A stretch of DNA of 64,000 nt from Eledone cirrhosa (taxonomy: Eukaryota), in NCBI GenBank assembly GCA_964016885.1, contig OZ024742.1, forward strand, positions 378,572,001 to 378,636,000, in the 5' to 3' direction. The notes under the pieces were generated by a model, which saw only the letters and a list, made by a program, of their open reading frames with translations, made no database searches and had not been told where the DNA came from. Below are positions 36,171-50,950 of this stretch, in pieces. Every line of letters starts with the position of its first letter. The first letter of the stretch is position 1. Both the position numbers and the translations under genes were made by a program.

Positions 36171-39100
36171 TTGTATTAGTGTTGTGGTCATTTTTAGCTC
36201 TATAGTAGCACTGAGCAGTCTATTGTATTAATGTTGTGGTCAGTTGTAGGCTATTGTAGCACTGAGCAGTCTATTGTATTAATGTTGTGGTCATTTGTAG
36301 TCTATTGTAGCACTGAGCAGACTATTGTATTAATGTTGTGGTCATTTGTAGTCTATTGTAGCACTGAGCAGTCTAATTTATTAATCTTGTGGTCATTTGT
36401 AGCTCTATTGTAGCACTGAGCATTGTATTGTATTAATGTTGTGGTCATTTGTAGTCTACTGTAGCACTGAGCAGTCTATTGTATTAATGTCGTGGTCATT
36501 TGAAGTCTATTGTAGCACTGAGCAGTCTATTGTTTTAATGTTGTGGTTATTTGTAGTCTATTGTATCACTGAGCAGTCTATTATATTAATGTTGTGGTCA
36601 GTTGTATTCTATTGTAGCACTGAGCAGACTATCGTATTAATGTTGTGGTCATTTGTAGTATATTGTAGTTCTGAGCAGTCTATTGTATTGATGTTGTGGT
36701 CATTTGTAGTCTATTGTAGCACTGAGCAGTCTATTGTATTAATGTTGTGGTACATTTGTAGTCTATTGTAGCACTGAGCAGTGTATTGTATTAATATTGT
36801 GGTCATTTGTAGCTCTATTGTAGCACTGAGCAGTCTATTGTATTAATGTTGTGGTCATTTGTAGTCTATTGTAGCACTGAGCAGTCTATTGTATTAGTGT
36901 TGTGGTAATTTGTAGTCTATTGTAGCACTGAGCAGTGTATTGTATTAATATTGTGGTCATTTGTAGCTCTATTGTAGCACTGAGCAGTCTATTGTATTAA
37001 TGTTGTGGTCATTTGTAGTCTATTGTAGCACTGAGCAGTCTATTGTATTAATGTTGTGGTCATTTGTAGCTCTATTGTAGCACTGAGCAGTCTATTGTAT
37101 TAATTTTGTGGTCATTTGTAGTCTATTGTAGCACTGAGCAGTCTATTGTATTAATGTTGTGGTCATTTGTAGCTCTATTGTAGCACTGAGCAGTGTATTG
37201 TATTAGTGTTGTGGTCATTTGTAGTTCTATTGTAGCACTGAGCAGTCTATTGTATTAATGTTGTGGTCATTTGTAGTATATTGTAGTTCTGAGCAGTCTA
37301 TTGTATTGATGTTGTGGTCATTTGTAGTCTACTGTAGCACTGAGCAGTCTATTGTATTAATGTTGTGGTACATTTGTAGTCTATTGTAGCACTGAGCAGT
37401 CTATTGTATTAATGTTGTGGTCATTTGTAGTCTATTCTAGCACTGAGCAGTCTATTGTATTAATGTTGTGGTCATTTCTAGCTCTATTGTAGCACTGAGC
37501 AGTCTATTGTATTAATGTTGTGGTACATTTGTAGTCTATTTTAGCACTGAGCAGTCTATTGTATTAGTGTTGTGGTCATTTGTAGCTCTATTGTAGCACT
37601 GAGCAGTCTATTGTATTAATGTTGTGGTCAGTTGTAGTCAATTGTAGCACTGAGCAGTCTATTGTATTAATGTTGTGGTCATTTGTAGCTCTATTATAGC
37701 ACTGAGCAGTCTATTGTATTAATGTTGTGGTCATTTGTAGCTCTATTGTAGCACTGAGCATTGTATTGTATTAATGTTGTGGTCATTTGTAGTCTATTGT
37801 AGCACTGAGCAGTCTATTGTATTAATGTTGTGGTCATTTGTAGCTATATTGTAGCACTGAGCACTCTATTGTATTAATGTTGTGGTCATTTGTAGCTCTA
37901 TTGTAGCACTGAGCAGTCTATTGTATTAATGTTGTGGTCATTTGTAGTCTATTGTAGCACTGAGCTGTCTATTGTATTAGTTTTGTGGTCATTTGTAGCT
38001 CTATAGTAGCACTGAGCAGTCTATTGTATAAATGTTGTGGTCAGTTGTAGTCTATTGTAGCACTGAGCAGTCTATTGTATTAATGTTGTGGTCATTTGTA
38101 GCTCTATTGTAGCACTGAGCAGTCTATTGTATTAATGTTGTGGTCATTTGTAGCTCTATTGTAGCACTGAGCATTGTATTGTATTAATGTTGTGGTCATT
38201 TGTAGTCTATTGTAGCACTGAGCAGTCTATTTTATTAATGTTGTGGTCATCTGTAGTCTATTGTAGCACTGAGCAGTCTATTGTATTAATGTTGTGGTCA
38301 TTTGTAGTCTATTGTAGCACTGAGCAGTCTATTGTATTAATGTCGTGGTCATTTGAAGTCTATTGTAGCACTGAGCAGTCTATTGTATTAATGTTGTGGT
38401 CATTTGTAGCTCTATTGTAGCACTGAGCAGTCTATTGTATTAATGTTGTGGTAATTTGTAGTCTATTGTAGCACTGAGCAGTCTATTGTATTAATGTTGT
38501 GGTCATTTGTAGTCCATTGTAGCACTGAGGAGTCTATTGTATTAATGTTGTGATCATTTGTAGCTCTATTGTAGCACTGAGCAGTCTATTGTATTAATGT
38601 TGTGGTAATTTGTAGTCTATTGTAGCACTGAGCAGTCTATTGTATTAATGTTGTGGTCATGTGTAGTCTTTTGTAGCACTGAGCAGTCTATTGTATTAAT
38701 GTTGTGGTCATTTGTCGTCTATTGTAGCACTGAGCAGTCTATTGTATCAATGTTGTGGTCATTTGTAGTCTATTGTAGCACTGTGCAGTCTATTGTATTA
38801 ATGTTGTGGTCATTTGTAGCTCTATTGTAGCACTGAGCAGTCTATTGTATTAATGTTGTGGTCATTTGTAGTCTATTGTAGCACTGAGCAGTCTATTGTA
38901 TTAATGTTGTGGTCATTTGTAGCTCTATTGTAGCACTGAGCAGTCTATTGTATTAATGTTGTGGTCATTTGTAGCTCTATTGTTGCACTGAGCAGTCTAT
39001 TGTATTAATGTTGTGTTAATTTGTAGTCTATTGTAGCACTGAGCAGTCTATTGTATTAATGTTGTGGTCATTTGTAGCTCTATTGTAGCACTGTGCAGTC

Positions 39101-39359
39101 TATTGTATTAATGTTGTGGTCATTTGTAGTCTATTGTAGCACTGTGCAGTCTATTGTATTAATGTTGTGGTCATTTGTAGCTCTATTGTAGCACTGTGCA
39201 GTCTATTGTATTAATGTTGTGGTCATTTGTAGTCTATTGTAGCACTGAGCAGTCTATTGTATTAATGTTGTGGTCATTTGTAGCTCTATTGTAGCACTGA
39301 GCAGTCTATTGTATTAATGTTGTGGTCATTTGTAGCTCTATTGTTGCACTGAGCAGTCT

Positions 39360-42300
39360 ATTGTATTAATGTTGTGTTAATTTGTAGTCTATTGTAGCAC
39401 TGAGCAGTGTATTGTATTAATATTGTGGTCATTTGTAGCTCTATTGTAGCACTGAGCAGTCTATTGTATTAATGTTGTGGTCATTTGTAGTCTATTGTAG
39501 CACTGAGCAGTCTATTGTATTAATGTTGTGGTCATTTGTAGCTCTATTGTAGCAATGAGCAGTCTATTGTATTAATGTTGTGGTCATTTGTAGTCTATTG
39601 TAGCACTGAGCAGTCTATTGTATTAATGTTGTGGTCATTTGTAGCTCTATTGTAGCACTGAGCAGTGTATTGTATTAGTGTTGTGGTCATTTGTAGCTCT
39701 ATTGTAGCACTGAGCAGTCTATTATATTAATGTTGTGGTCAGTTGTATTCTATTGTAGCACTGAGCAGACTATCGTATTAATGTTGTGGTCATTTGTAGT
39801 ATATTGTAGTTCTGAGCAGTCTATTTTATTGATGTTGTGGTCATTTGTAGTCTATTGTAGCACTGAGCAGTCTATTGTATTAATGTTGTGGTGCATTTGT
39901 AGTCTATTGTAGCACTGAGCAGTGTATTGTACTAATATTGTGGTCATTTGTAGCTCTATTGTAGCACTGAGCAGTCTATTGTATTAATGTTGTGGTTATT
40001 TGTAGTCTATTGTAGCACTGAGCAGTCTATTGTATTAGTGTTGTGGTAATTTGTAGTCTATTGTAGCACTGAGCAGTGTATTGTATTAATATTGTGGTCA
40101 TTTGTAGCTCTATTGTAGCACTGAGCAGTCTATTGTATTAATGTTGTGGTCATTTGTAGTCTATTGTAGCACTGAGCAGTCTATTGTATTAATGTCGTGG
40201 TCATATGAAGTCTATTGTAGCACTGAGCAGTCTATTGTATTAATGTTGTGGTCATTTGTAGCTCTATTGTAGCACTGAGCAGTCTATTGTATTAATGTTG
40301 TGGTCATATGTAGCTCTATAGTAGCATAGAGCAGTCTATTCTCTTAAGGTTGTGGTCATTTGTAGCTCTATTGTAGCACTGAGCAGTCTATTGTATTAAT
40401 GTTATTGTCATTTGTAATCCATTGTAGCACTGAGGAGTCTATTGTATTAATGTTGTGATCATTTGTAGTCTATTGTAGCACTGAGCAGTCTATTGTATTA
40501 ATGTTGTGGTCATTTGTAGCTCTATTGTAGCACTGAGCAGTCTATTGTATTAATGTTGTGGTAATTTGTAGTCTATTGTAGCACTGAGCAGTGTATTGTA
40601 TTAATATTGTGGTCATTTGTAGTCTTTTGTAGCACTGAGCAGTCTATTGTATTAATGTTGTGGTCATTTGTAGTCTACTGTAGCACTGAGCAGTCTATTG
40701 TATTAATGCTGTGGTCATTTGTCGTCTATTGTAGCACTGAGCAGTCTATTGTATTAATGTTGTGTTAATTTGTAGTCTATTGTAGCACTGAGCAGTGTAT
40801 TGTATTAATATTGTGGTCATTTGTAGCTCTATTGTAGCACTGAGCAGTCTATTGTATTAATGTTGTGGTCATTTGTAGTCTATTGTAGCACTGAGCAGTC
40901 TATTGTATTAATGTTGTGGTCATTTGTAGCTCTATTGTAGCAATGAGCAGTCTATTGTATTAATGTTGTGGTCATTTGTAGTCTATTGTAGCACTGAGCA
41001 GTCTATTGTATAAATGTTGTGGTCATTTGTAGCTCTATTGTGGCACTGAGCAGTGTATTGTATTAGTGTTGTGGTCATTTGTAGCTCTATTGTAGCACTG
41101 AGCAGTCTATTATATTAATGTTGTGGTCAGTTGTATTCTATTGTAGCACTGAGCAGACTATCGTATTAATGTTGTGGTCATTTGTAGTATATTGTAGTTC
41201 TGAGCAGTCTATTGTATTGATATTGTGGTCATTTGTAGTCTATTGTAGCACTGAGCAGTCTATTGTATTAATGTTGTGGTACATTTGTAGTCTATTGTAG
41301 CACTGAGCAGTGTATTGTACTAATATTGTGTTCATTTGTAGCTCTATTGTAGCACTGAGCAGTCTATTGTATTAATGTTGTGGTCATTTGTAGTCTATTG
41401 TAGCACTGAGCAGTCTATTGTATTAATGTTGTGGTCATTTGTAGCTCTATTGTAGCACTGAGCAGTCTATTGTATTAATTTTGTGGTCATTTGTAGTCTA
41501 TTGTAGCACTGAGCAGTCTATTGTATTAATGTTGTGGTCATTTGTAGCTCTATTGTAGCACTGAGCAGTGTATTGTATTAGTGTTGTGGTCATTTGTAGT
41601 TCTATTGTAGCACTGAGCAGTCTATTGTATTAATGTTGTGGTCATTTGTAGCTCTATTGTAGCACTGAGCAGTCTATTGTATTAATGTTGTGGTACATTT
41701 GTAGTCTATTGTAGCACTGAGCAGTCTATTGTATTAATGTTGTGGTCATTTGTAGTCTATTGTAGCACTGAGCAGTCTATTGTATTAATGTTGTGGTCAT
41801 TTGTAGCTCTATTGTAGCACTGAGCAGTCTATTATATTAATGTTGTGTTCATTTGATGTCTATTTTAGCACTGAGCAGTCTATTGTATTAGTGTTGTGGT
41901 CATTTGTAGCTCTATTGTAGCACTGAGCAGTCTTTTGTATTAATGTTGTGGTCAGTTGTAGTCGATTGTAGCACTGAGCAGTCTATTGTATTAATGTTGT
42001 GGTCATTTGTAGCTCTATTGTAACACTGAGTAGTCTATTGTATTAATGTTGTGGTCATTTGTAGCTCTATTGTAGCACTGAGCATTGTATTGTATTAATG
42101 TTGTGGTCATTTGTAGTCTATTGTAGCACTGAGCAGTCTATTTTATTAATGTTGTGGTCATCTGTAGTCTATTGTAGCACTGAGCAGTCTATTGTATTAA
42201 TGTTGTGGTCATTTGTAGTCTATTGTAGCACTGAGCAGTCTATTGTATTAATGTCGTGGTCATTTGAAGTCTATTGTAGCACTGAGCAGTCTATTGTATT

Positions 42301-44960
42301 AATGGTGTGGTCATTTGTAGCTCTATTGTAGCACTGAGCAGTCTATTGTATTAATGTTGTGGTCATATGTAGCTCTATAGTAGCATAGAGCAGTCTATTC
42401 TCTGAAGGTTGTGGTCATTTGTAGCTCTATTGTAGCACTGAGCAGTCTATTGTATTAATGTTATTGTCATTTGTAGTCCATTGTAGCACTGAGGAGTCTA
42501 TTGTATTAATGTTGTGATCATTTGTAGTCTATTGTAGCACTGAGCAGTCTATTGTATTAATGTTGTGGTCATTTGTAGCTCTATTGTAGCACTGAGCAGT
42601 CTATTGTATTAATGTTGTGGTAATTTGTAGTCTATTGTAGCACTGAGCAGTGTATTTTATTAATATTGTGGTCATGTGTAGTCTTTTGTAGCACTGAGCA
42701 GTCTATTGTATTAATGTTGTGGTCATTTGTAGTCTACTGTAGCACTGAGCAGTCTATTGTATTAATGTTGTGTTAATTTTTAGTCTATTGTAGCACTGAG
42801 CAGTGTATTGTATTAATATTGTGGTCATTTGTAGCTCTATTGTAGCACTGAGCAGTCTATTGTATTAATGTTGTGGTCATTTGTAGTCTATTGTAGCACT
42901 GAGCAGTCTATTGTATTAATGTTGTGGTCATTTGTAGCTCTATTGTAGCACTGAGCAGTGTATTGTATTAGTGTTGTGGTCATTTGTAGCTCTATTGTAG
43001 CACTGAGCAGTCTATTATATTAATGTTGTGGTCAGTTGTATTATATTGTAGCACTGAGCAGACTATCGTATTAATGTTGTGGTAATTTGTAGTATATTGT
43101 AGCACTGAGCAGTCTATTGTATTAATGTTGTGGTCATTTGTAGTCTATTGTAGCACTGAGCAGTCTATTGTATTAGTGTTGTGGTAATTTGTAGTCTATT
43201 GTAGCACTGAGCAGTGTATTGTATTAATATTGTGGTCATTTGTAGCTCTATTGTAGCACTGAGCAGTCTATTGTATTAATGTTGTGGTCATTTGTAGTCT
43301 ATTGTAGCACTGAGCAGTCTATTGTATTAATGTTGTGGTCATTTGTAGCTCTATTGTAGCACTGAGCAGTCTATTGTATTAATTTTGTGGTCATTTGTAG
43401 TCTATTGTAGCACTGAGCAGTCTATTGTATTAATGTTGTGGTCATTTGTAGCTCTATTGTAGCACTGAGCAGTGTATTGTATTAGTGTTGTGGTCATTTG
43501 TAGTTCTATTGTAGCACTGAGCAGTATATTGTATTAATGTTGTGGTCATTTGTAGTATATTGTAGTTCTGAGCAGTCTATTGTATTGATGTTGTGGTCAT
43601 TTGTAGTCTACTGTAGCACTGAGCAGTCTATTGTATTAATGTTGTGGTACATTTGTAGTCTATTGTAGCACTGAGCAGTCTATTGTATTAATGTTGTGGT
43701 CATTTGTAGTCTATTGTAGCACTGAGCAGTCTATTGTATTAATGTTGTGGTCATTTGTAGCTCTATTGTAGCACTGAGCAGTCTATTATATTAATGTTGT
43801 GTTCATTTGTAGTCTATTTTAGCACTGAGCAGTCTATTGTATTAGTGTTGTGGTCATTTGTAGCTCTATTGTAGCACTGAGCAGTCTTTTGTATTAATGT
43901 TGTGGTCAGTTGTAGTCGATTGTAGCACTGAGCATTGTATTGTATTAATGTTGTGGTCATTTGTAGTCTATTGTAGCACTGAGCAGTCTATTGTATTAAT
44001 GTCGTGGTCATTTCAAGTCTATTGTAGTACTGAGCAGTCTATTGTATTAATGTTGTGGTCATTTGTAGCTCTATTGTTGCACTGAGCAGTCTATTGTATT
44101 AATGTTGTGGTCATTTGTAGTCTATTGTAGCACTGAGCAGTCTATTGTATTAATGTTGTGGTCATTTGTAGTCTATTGTAGCACTGAGCAGTCTATTGTA
44201 TTAATGTTGTGGTCATTTGTAGTCTATTGTAGCACTGAGCAGTCTATTGTATTAATGTTGTGGTCATTTGTAGCTCTATTGTAGCACTGAGCAGTCTATT
44301 GTATTAATGTTGTGGTCATTTGTAGTCTATTGTAGCACTGAGCAGTCTATTGTATTAATGTTGTGGTCATTTGTTATCTATTGTAGCACTGAGCAGTCTA
44401 TTGTATTAATGTTGTGGTCATTTGTAGTCTAATGTAGCACTGAGCAGTCTATTGTATTAATGCTGTGGACATTTGTAGTCTATTGTAGCACTGAGCGTTT
44501 TATTGTATTAATGTTGTGGTCTTTTGTAGTCTATTGTAACACTGAGCAGTCTAATGTATTAATGTTGTGGTCATTTGTAGTCTATTGTAGCACTGAGCAG
44601 TCTATTGTTTTAATGTTGTGGTCATTTGTAGATCTATTGTAGCATTGAGCAGTCTATTGTATTAATGTTGTGGTCATATGTAGCTCTATTGTAGCATCGA
44701 GCAGTCTATTGTATTAATGTTGTGGTTAGTTGTATTCTATTGTAGCACTGAGCAGTCTATTGTATTAATGTTGTGGTCATTTGTAGTCTATTGAAGCACT
44801 GATCAGTCTATTGTATTAATGTTGTGGTAATTTGTAGCTCTATTGTAGCACTGAGCAGTCTATTGTATTAATGTTGTGGTCAGTTGTATTCTATTGTAGC
44901 ACTGAGCAGACTATTGTATTAATGTTGTGGTCAATTGTAGTCTATTGTAGCACTGAGCAG
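39360..44960. repeat. Copy 2 of the ~5.5-kb block (partner ~30720-36170)
   Basis: Same variant order as the partner. Offsets step by whole-monomer amounts (+104, then net +51). Confidence 0.9.
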
Positions 44961-45289
44961 TCTATTGTATTAATGTTGTGGTCATTTGTAGTCTATTGTA
45001 GCACTGAGCAGACTATTGTATTAATGTTGTGGTCATTTGTAGTCTATTGTAGCACTGAGCAGTCTAATTTATTAATCTTGTGGTCATTTGTAGCTCTATT
45101 GTAGCACTGAGCATTGTATTGTATTAATGTTGTGGTCATTTGTAGTCTATTGTAGCACTGAGCAGTCTATTGTATTAATGTCGTGGTCATTTGAAGTCTA
45201 TTGTAGCACTGAGCAGTCTATTGTTTTAATGTTGTGGTCATTTGTAGCTCTATTGTAGCACTGAGCAGTCTATTGTATTAATGTTGTGG

Positions 45290-48200
45290 TCATTTGTAGT
45301 CTACTGTAGCACTGAGCTGTCTATTGTATTAGTTTTGTGGTCATTTGTAGCTCTATAGTAGCACTGAGCAGTCTATTGTATAAATGTTGTGGTCAGTTGT
45401 AGTCTATTGTAGCACTGAGCAGTCTATTGTATTAATGTTGTGGTCATTTGTAGCTCTATTGTAGCACTGAGCAGTCTATTGTATTAATGTTGTGGTCATT
45501 TGTAGCTCTATTGTAGCACTGAGCATTGTATTGTATTAATGTTGTGGTCATTTGTAGTCTATTGTAGCACTGAGCAGTCTATTGTATTAATGTTGTGGTC
45601 ATTTGTAGTCTATTGTAGCACTGAGCAGACGATTGTATTAATGTTGTGGTCATTTGTAGTCTATTGTAGCACTGAGCAGTCTATTTTATTAATGTTGTGG
45701 TCATTTGTAGCTCTATTGTAGCACTGAGCATTGTATTGTATTAATGTTGTGGTCATTTGTAGTCTATTGTAGCACTGAGCAGTCTATTGTCTTAATGTCG
45801 TGGTCATTTGAAGTCTATTGTAGCACTGAGCAGTCTATTGTATTAATGTTGTGGTCATTTGTAGCTCTATTGTTGCACTGAGCAGTCTATTGTATTAATG
45901 TTGTGGTCATTTGTAGTCTATTGTAGCACTGAGCAGTCTATTGTATTAATATTGTGGTCATTTGTAGTCTATTGTAGCACTGAGCAGTCTATTGTATTAA
46001 TGTTGTGGTCATTTGTTATCTATTTTAGTACTGAGCAGTCTATTGTATTAATGTTGTGGTCATTTGTAGTCTAATGTAGCACTGAGCAGTCTATTGTATT
46101 AATGCTGTGGACATTTGTAGTCTATTGTAGCACTGAGCGGTTTATTGTATTAATGTTGTGGTCTTTTGTAGTCTATTGTAGCACTGAGCAGTCTATTGTA
46201 TTAATGTTGTGGTCATTTGTAATCTATTGTAGCACTGAGCAGTCTATTGTTTTAATGTTGTGGTCATTTGTAGATCTATTGTAGCATTGAGCAGTCTATT
46301 GTATTAATGTTGTGGTCATTTGTAGCTCTATTGTAGCATCGAGCAGTCTATTGTATTAATGTTGTGGTCAGTTGTATTCTATTGTAGCGCTGAGCAGTCT
46401 ATTGTACTAATGTTGTGGTCATTTGTAGTCTATTGAAGCACTGATCAGTCTATTGTATTAATGTTGTGGTCATTTGTAGCTCTATTGTAGCACTGAGCAG
46501 TCTATTGTATTAATGTTGTGGTCAGTTGTATTCTATTGTAGCACTGAGCAGACTATTGTATTAATGTTGTGGTCAATTGTAGTCTATTGTAGCACTGAGC
46601 AGTCTATTGTATTAGTGTTGTGGTCATTTGTAGCTCTATAGTAGCACTGAGCAGTCTATTGTATTAATGTTGTGGTCAGTTGTAGGCTATTGTAGCACTG
46701 AGCAGTCTATTGTATTAATGTTGTGGTCATTTGTAGTCTATTGTAGCACTGAGCAGACTATTGTATTAATGTTGTGGTCATTTGTAGTCTATTGTAGCAC
46801 TGAGCAGTCTAATTTATTAATCTTGTGGTCATTTGTAGCTCTATTGTAGCACTGAGCATTGTATTGTATTAATGTTGTGGTCATTTGTAGTCTATTGTAG
46901 CACTGAGCAGTCTATTGTATTAATGTCGTGGTCATTTGAAGTCTATTGTAGCACTGAGCAGTCTATTGTATTAATGTTGTGGTTATTTGTAGTCTATTGT
47001 AGCACTGAGCAGTCTATTATATTAATGTTGTGGTCAGTTGTATTCTATTGTAGCACTGAGCAGACTATCGTATTAATGTTGTGGTCATTTGTAGTATATT
47101 GTAGTTCTGAGCAGTCTATTGTATTGATGTTGTGGTCATTTGTAGTCTATTGTAGCACTGAGCAGTCTATTGTATTAATGTTGTGGTACATTTGTAGTCT
47201 ATTGTAGCACTGAGCAGTGTATTGTATTAATATTGTGGTCATTTGTAGCTCTATTGTAGCACTGAGCAGTCTATTGTATTAAAGTTGTGGTCATTTGTAG
47301 TCTATTGTAGCACTGAGCAGTCTATTGTATTAGTGTTGTGGTAATTTGTAGTCTATTGTAGCACTGAGCAGTGTATTGTATTAATATTGTGGTCATTTGT
47401 AGCTCTATTGTAGCACTGAGCAGTCTATTGTATTAATGTTGTGGTCATTTGTAGTCTATTGTAGCACTGAGCAGTCTATTGTATTAATGTTGTGGTCATT
47501 TGTAGCTCTATTGTAGCACTGAGCAGTCTATTGTATTAATTTTGTGGTCATTTGTAGTCTATTGTAGCACTGAGCAGTCTATTGTATTAATGTTGTGGTC
47601 ATTTGTAGCTCTATTGTAGCACTGAGCAGTGTATTGTATTAGTGTTGTGGTCATTTGTAGTTCTATTGTAGCACTGAGCAGTCTATTGTATTAATGTTGT
47701 GGTCATTTGTAGTATATTGTAGTTCTGAGCAGTCTATTGTATTGATGTTGTGGTCATTTGTAGTCTACTGTAGCACTGAGCAGTCTATTGTATTAATGTT
47801 GTGGTACATTTGTAGTCTATTGTAGCACTGAGCAGTCTATTGTATTAATGTTGTGGTCATTTGTAGTCTATTCTAGCACTGAGCAGTCTATTGTATTAAT
47901 GTTGTGGTCATTTGTAGCTCTATTGTAGCACTGAGCAGTCTATTGTATTAATGTTGTGGTACATTTGTAGTCTATTTTAGCACTGAGCAGTCTATTGTAT
48001 TAGTGTTGTGGTCATTTGTAGCTCTATTGTAGCACTGAGCAGTCTATTGTATTAATGTTGTGGTCAGTTGTAGTCAATTGTAGCACTGAGCAGTCTATTG
48101 TATTAATGTTGTGGTCATTTGTAGCTCTATTATAGCACTGAGCAGTCTATTGTATTAATGTTGTGGTCATTTGTAGCTCTATTGTAGCACTGAGCATTGT

Positions 48201-50110
48201 ATTGTATTAATGTTGTGGTCATTTGTAGTCTATTGTAGCACTGAGCAGTCTATTGTATTAATGTTGTGGTCATTTGTCGTCTATTGTAGCACTGAGCAGT
48301 CTATTGTATTAGTGTTGTGGTCATTTGTAGCTATATTGTAGCACTGAGCACTCTATTGTATTAATGTTGTGGTCATTTGTAGCTCTATTGTAGCACTGAG
48401 CACTCTATTGTATTAATGTTGTGGTCATTTGTAGCTCTATTGTAGCACTGAGCAGTCTATTGTATTAATGTTGTGGTCATTTGTAGTCTATTGTAGCACT
48501 GAGCTGTCTATTGTATTAGTTTTGTGGTCATTTGTAGCTCTATAGTAGCACTGAGCAGTCTATTGTATAAATGTTGTGGTCAGTTGTAGTCTATTGTAGC
48601 ACTGAGCAGTCTATTGTATTAATGTTGTGGTCATTTGTAGCTCTATTGTAGCACTGAGCAGTCTATTGTATTAATGTTGTGGTCATTTGTAGCTCTATTG
48701 TAGCACTGAGCAGTCTATTGTATTAATGTTGTGGTCATTTGTAGTCTATTGTAGCACTGAGCAGACGATTGTATTAATGTTGTGGTCATTTGTAGTCTAT
48801 TGTAGCACTTAGCAGTCTATTTTATTAATGTTGTGGTCATTTGTAGCTCTATTGTAGCACTGAGCATTGTATTGTATTAATGTTGTGGTCATTTGTAGTC
48901 TATTGTAGCACTGAGCAGTCTATTGTCTTAATGTCGTGGTCATTTGAAGTCTATTGTAGCACTGAGCAGTCTATTGTATTAATGTTGTGGTCATTTGTAG
49001 CTCTATTGTTGCACTGAGCAGTCTATTGTATTAATGTTGTGGTCATTTGTAGTCTATTGTAGCACTGAGCAGTCTATTGTATTAATATTGTGGTCATTTG
49101 TAGTCTATTGTAGCACTGAGCAGTCTATTGTATTAATGTTGTGGTCATTTGTTATCTATTTTAGTACTGAGCAGTCTATTGTATTAATGTTGTGGTCATT
49201 TGTAGTCTAATGTAGCACTGAGCAGTCTATTGTATTAATGCTGTGGACATTTGTAGTCTATTGTAGCACTGAGCGGTTTATTGTATTAACGTTGTGGTCT
49301 TTTGTAGTCTATTGTAGCACTGAGCAGTCTATTGTATTAATGTTGTGGTCATTTGTAATCTATTGTAGCACTGAGCAGTCTATTGTTTTAATGTTGTGGT
49401 CATTTGTAGATCTATTGTAGCATTGAGCAGTCTATTGTATTAATGTTGTGGTCATTTGTAGCTCTATTGTAGCATCGAGCAGTCTATTGTATTACTGTTG
49501 TGGTCAGTTGTATTCTATTGTAGCGCTGAGCAGTCTATTGTACTAATGTTGTGGTCATTTGTAGTCTATTGAAGCACTGATCAGTCTATTGTATTAATGT
49601 TGTGGTCATTTGTAGCTCTATTGTAGCACTGAGCAGTCTATTGTATTAATGTTGTGGTCAGTTGTATTCTATTGTAGCACTGAGCAGACTATTGTATTAA
49701 TGTTGTGGTCAATTGTAGTCTATTGTAGCACTGAGCAGTCTATTGTATTAGTGTTGTGGTCATTTGTAGCTCTATAGTAGCACTGAGCAGTCTATTGTAT
49801 TAATGTTATGGTCAGTTGTAGTCTATTGTAGCACTGAGCAGTCTATTGTATTAATGTTGTGGTCATTTGTAGTCTATTGTAGCACTGAGCAGACTATTGT
49901 ATTAATGTTGTGGTCATTTGTAGTCTATTGTAGCACTGAGCAGTCTAATTTATTAATCTTGTGGTCATTTGTAGCTCTATTGTAGCACTGAGCATTGTAT
50001 TGTATTAATGTTGTGGTCATTTGTAGTCTATTGTAGCACTGAGCAGTCTATTGTATTAATGTCGTGGTCATTTGAAGTCTATTGTAGCACTGAGCAGTCT
50101 ATTGTATTAA
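45290..50110. repeat. Partial duplication at offset 3136 bp (61 monomers): ~45550-46970 vs ~48690-50110
   Basis: ORF pairs 46102/49238 and 46667/49803. Shared AGCGCT (46386/49522), GTTATCTATTTTAGTAC (~46015/49151) and GCGGTTTATT variants. Confidence 0.8.
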
Positions 50111-50950
50111 TGTTGTGGTCATTTGTAGCTCTATTGTAGCACTGAGCAGTCTATTGTATTAATGTTGTGGTCATTTGTAGTCTATTGTAGCACTGAGCAG
50201 TCTATTGTATTAATGTTGTGGTCATTTGTAGGTCTATTGTAGCACTGAGCAGTCTATTGTATTAATATTGTGGTCATTGGTAGTCTATTGTAGCACTGAG
50301 CAGTCTATTGTATTAATGTTGTGGTCATTTGTAGGTCTATTGTAGCACTGAGCAGTCTATTGTATTAATATTGTGGTCATTTGTAGTCTATTGTAGCACT
50401 GAACAGTCTATTGTATTAATTTTGTGGTCATTTGTTGTCTATTGTAGCACTGAGCAGTCTATTGTATTAATGTTGTGGTCATTTGTAGTCTAATGTAGCA
50501 CTGAGTAGTCTATTGTATTAATGCTGTGGACGTTTGTAGTCTATTGTAGCACTGAGCAGTCTATTGTATTAATATTGTGGTCATTTGTAGTCTATTGTAT
50601 CACTGAGCAGTCTATTGTATTAATGTTGTGGTCATTTGTAGTCTATTGTAGCACTGAGCAGTCTATTGTTTTAATGTTGTGGTCATTCGTAGATCTATTG
50701 TAGCATTGAGCAGTCTATTGTATTAATGTTGTGGTCATTTGTAGCTCTATTGTAGCATTGAGCAGTCTATTGTATTAATGTTGTGGTCAGTTGTATTCTA
50801 TTGTAGCACTGAGCAGACTATTGTATTAATGCTGTGGTCATTTGTAGCTCTATTGTAGCACTGAGCAGTCTATTGTATTAAAGTTGTGGTCATTTGTAGC
50901 TCTATTGTAGCACTGATTAGTCTATTGTATTAATGTTGTGGTCAGTTGTA
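49030..50950. repeat. Block duplicated at ~61630-63545 (offset 12595)
   Basis: ORF pairs 49803/62398 and 50521/63116. Private variants CATTGGTAG (~50275/62870), GGACGTTTG (50528/63123), CATTCGTAGAT (~50684/63279) and CTGATTAG (~50913/63508). Confidence 0.88.

Noticed and set aside
36298-36326. CAGACTATT variant forming a TAGTCT/AGACTA inverted repeat
   Set aside because: Many CAGACT monomers carry TATTCT upstream, which breaks the pairing. A single T>A substitution explains the variant.
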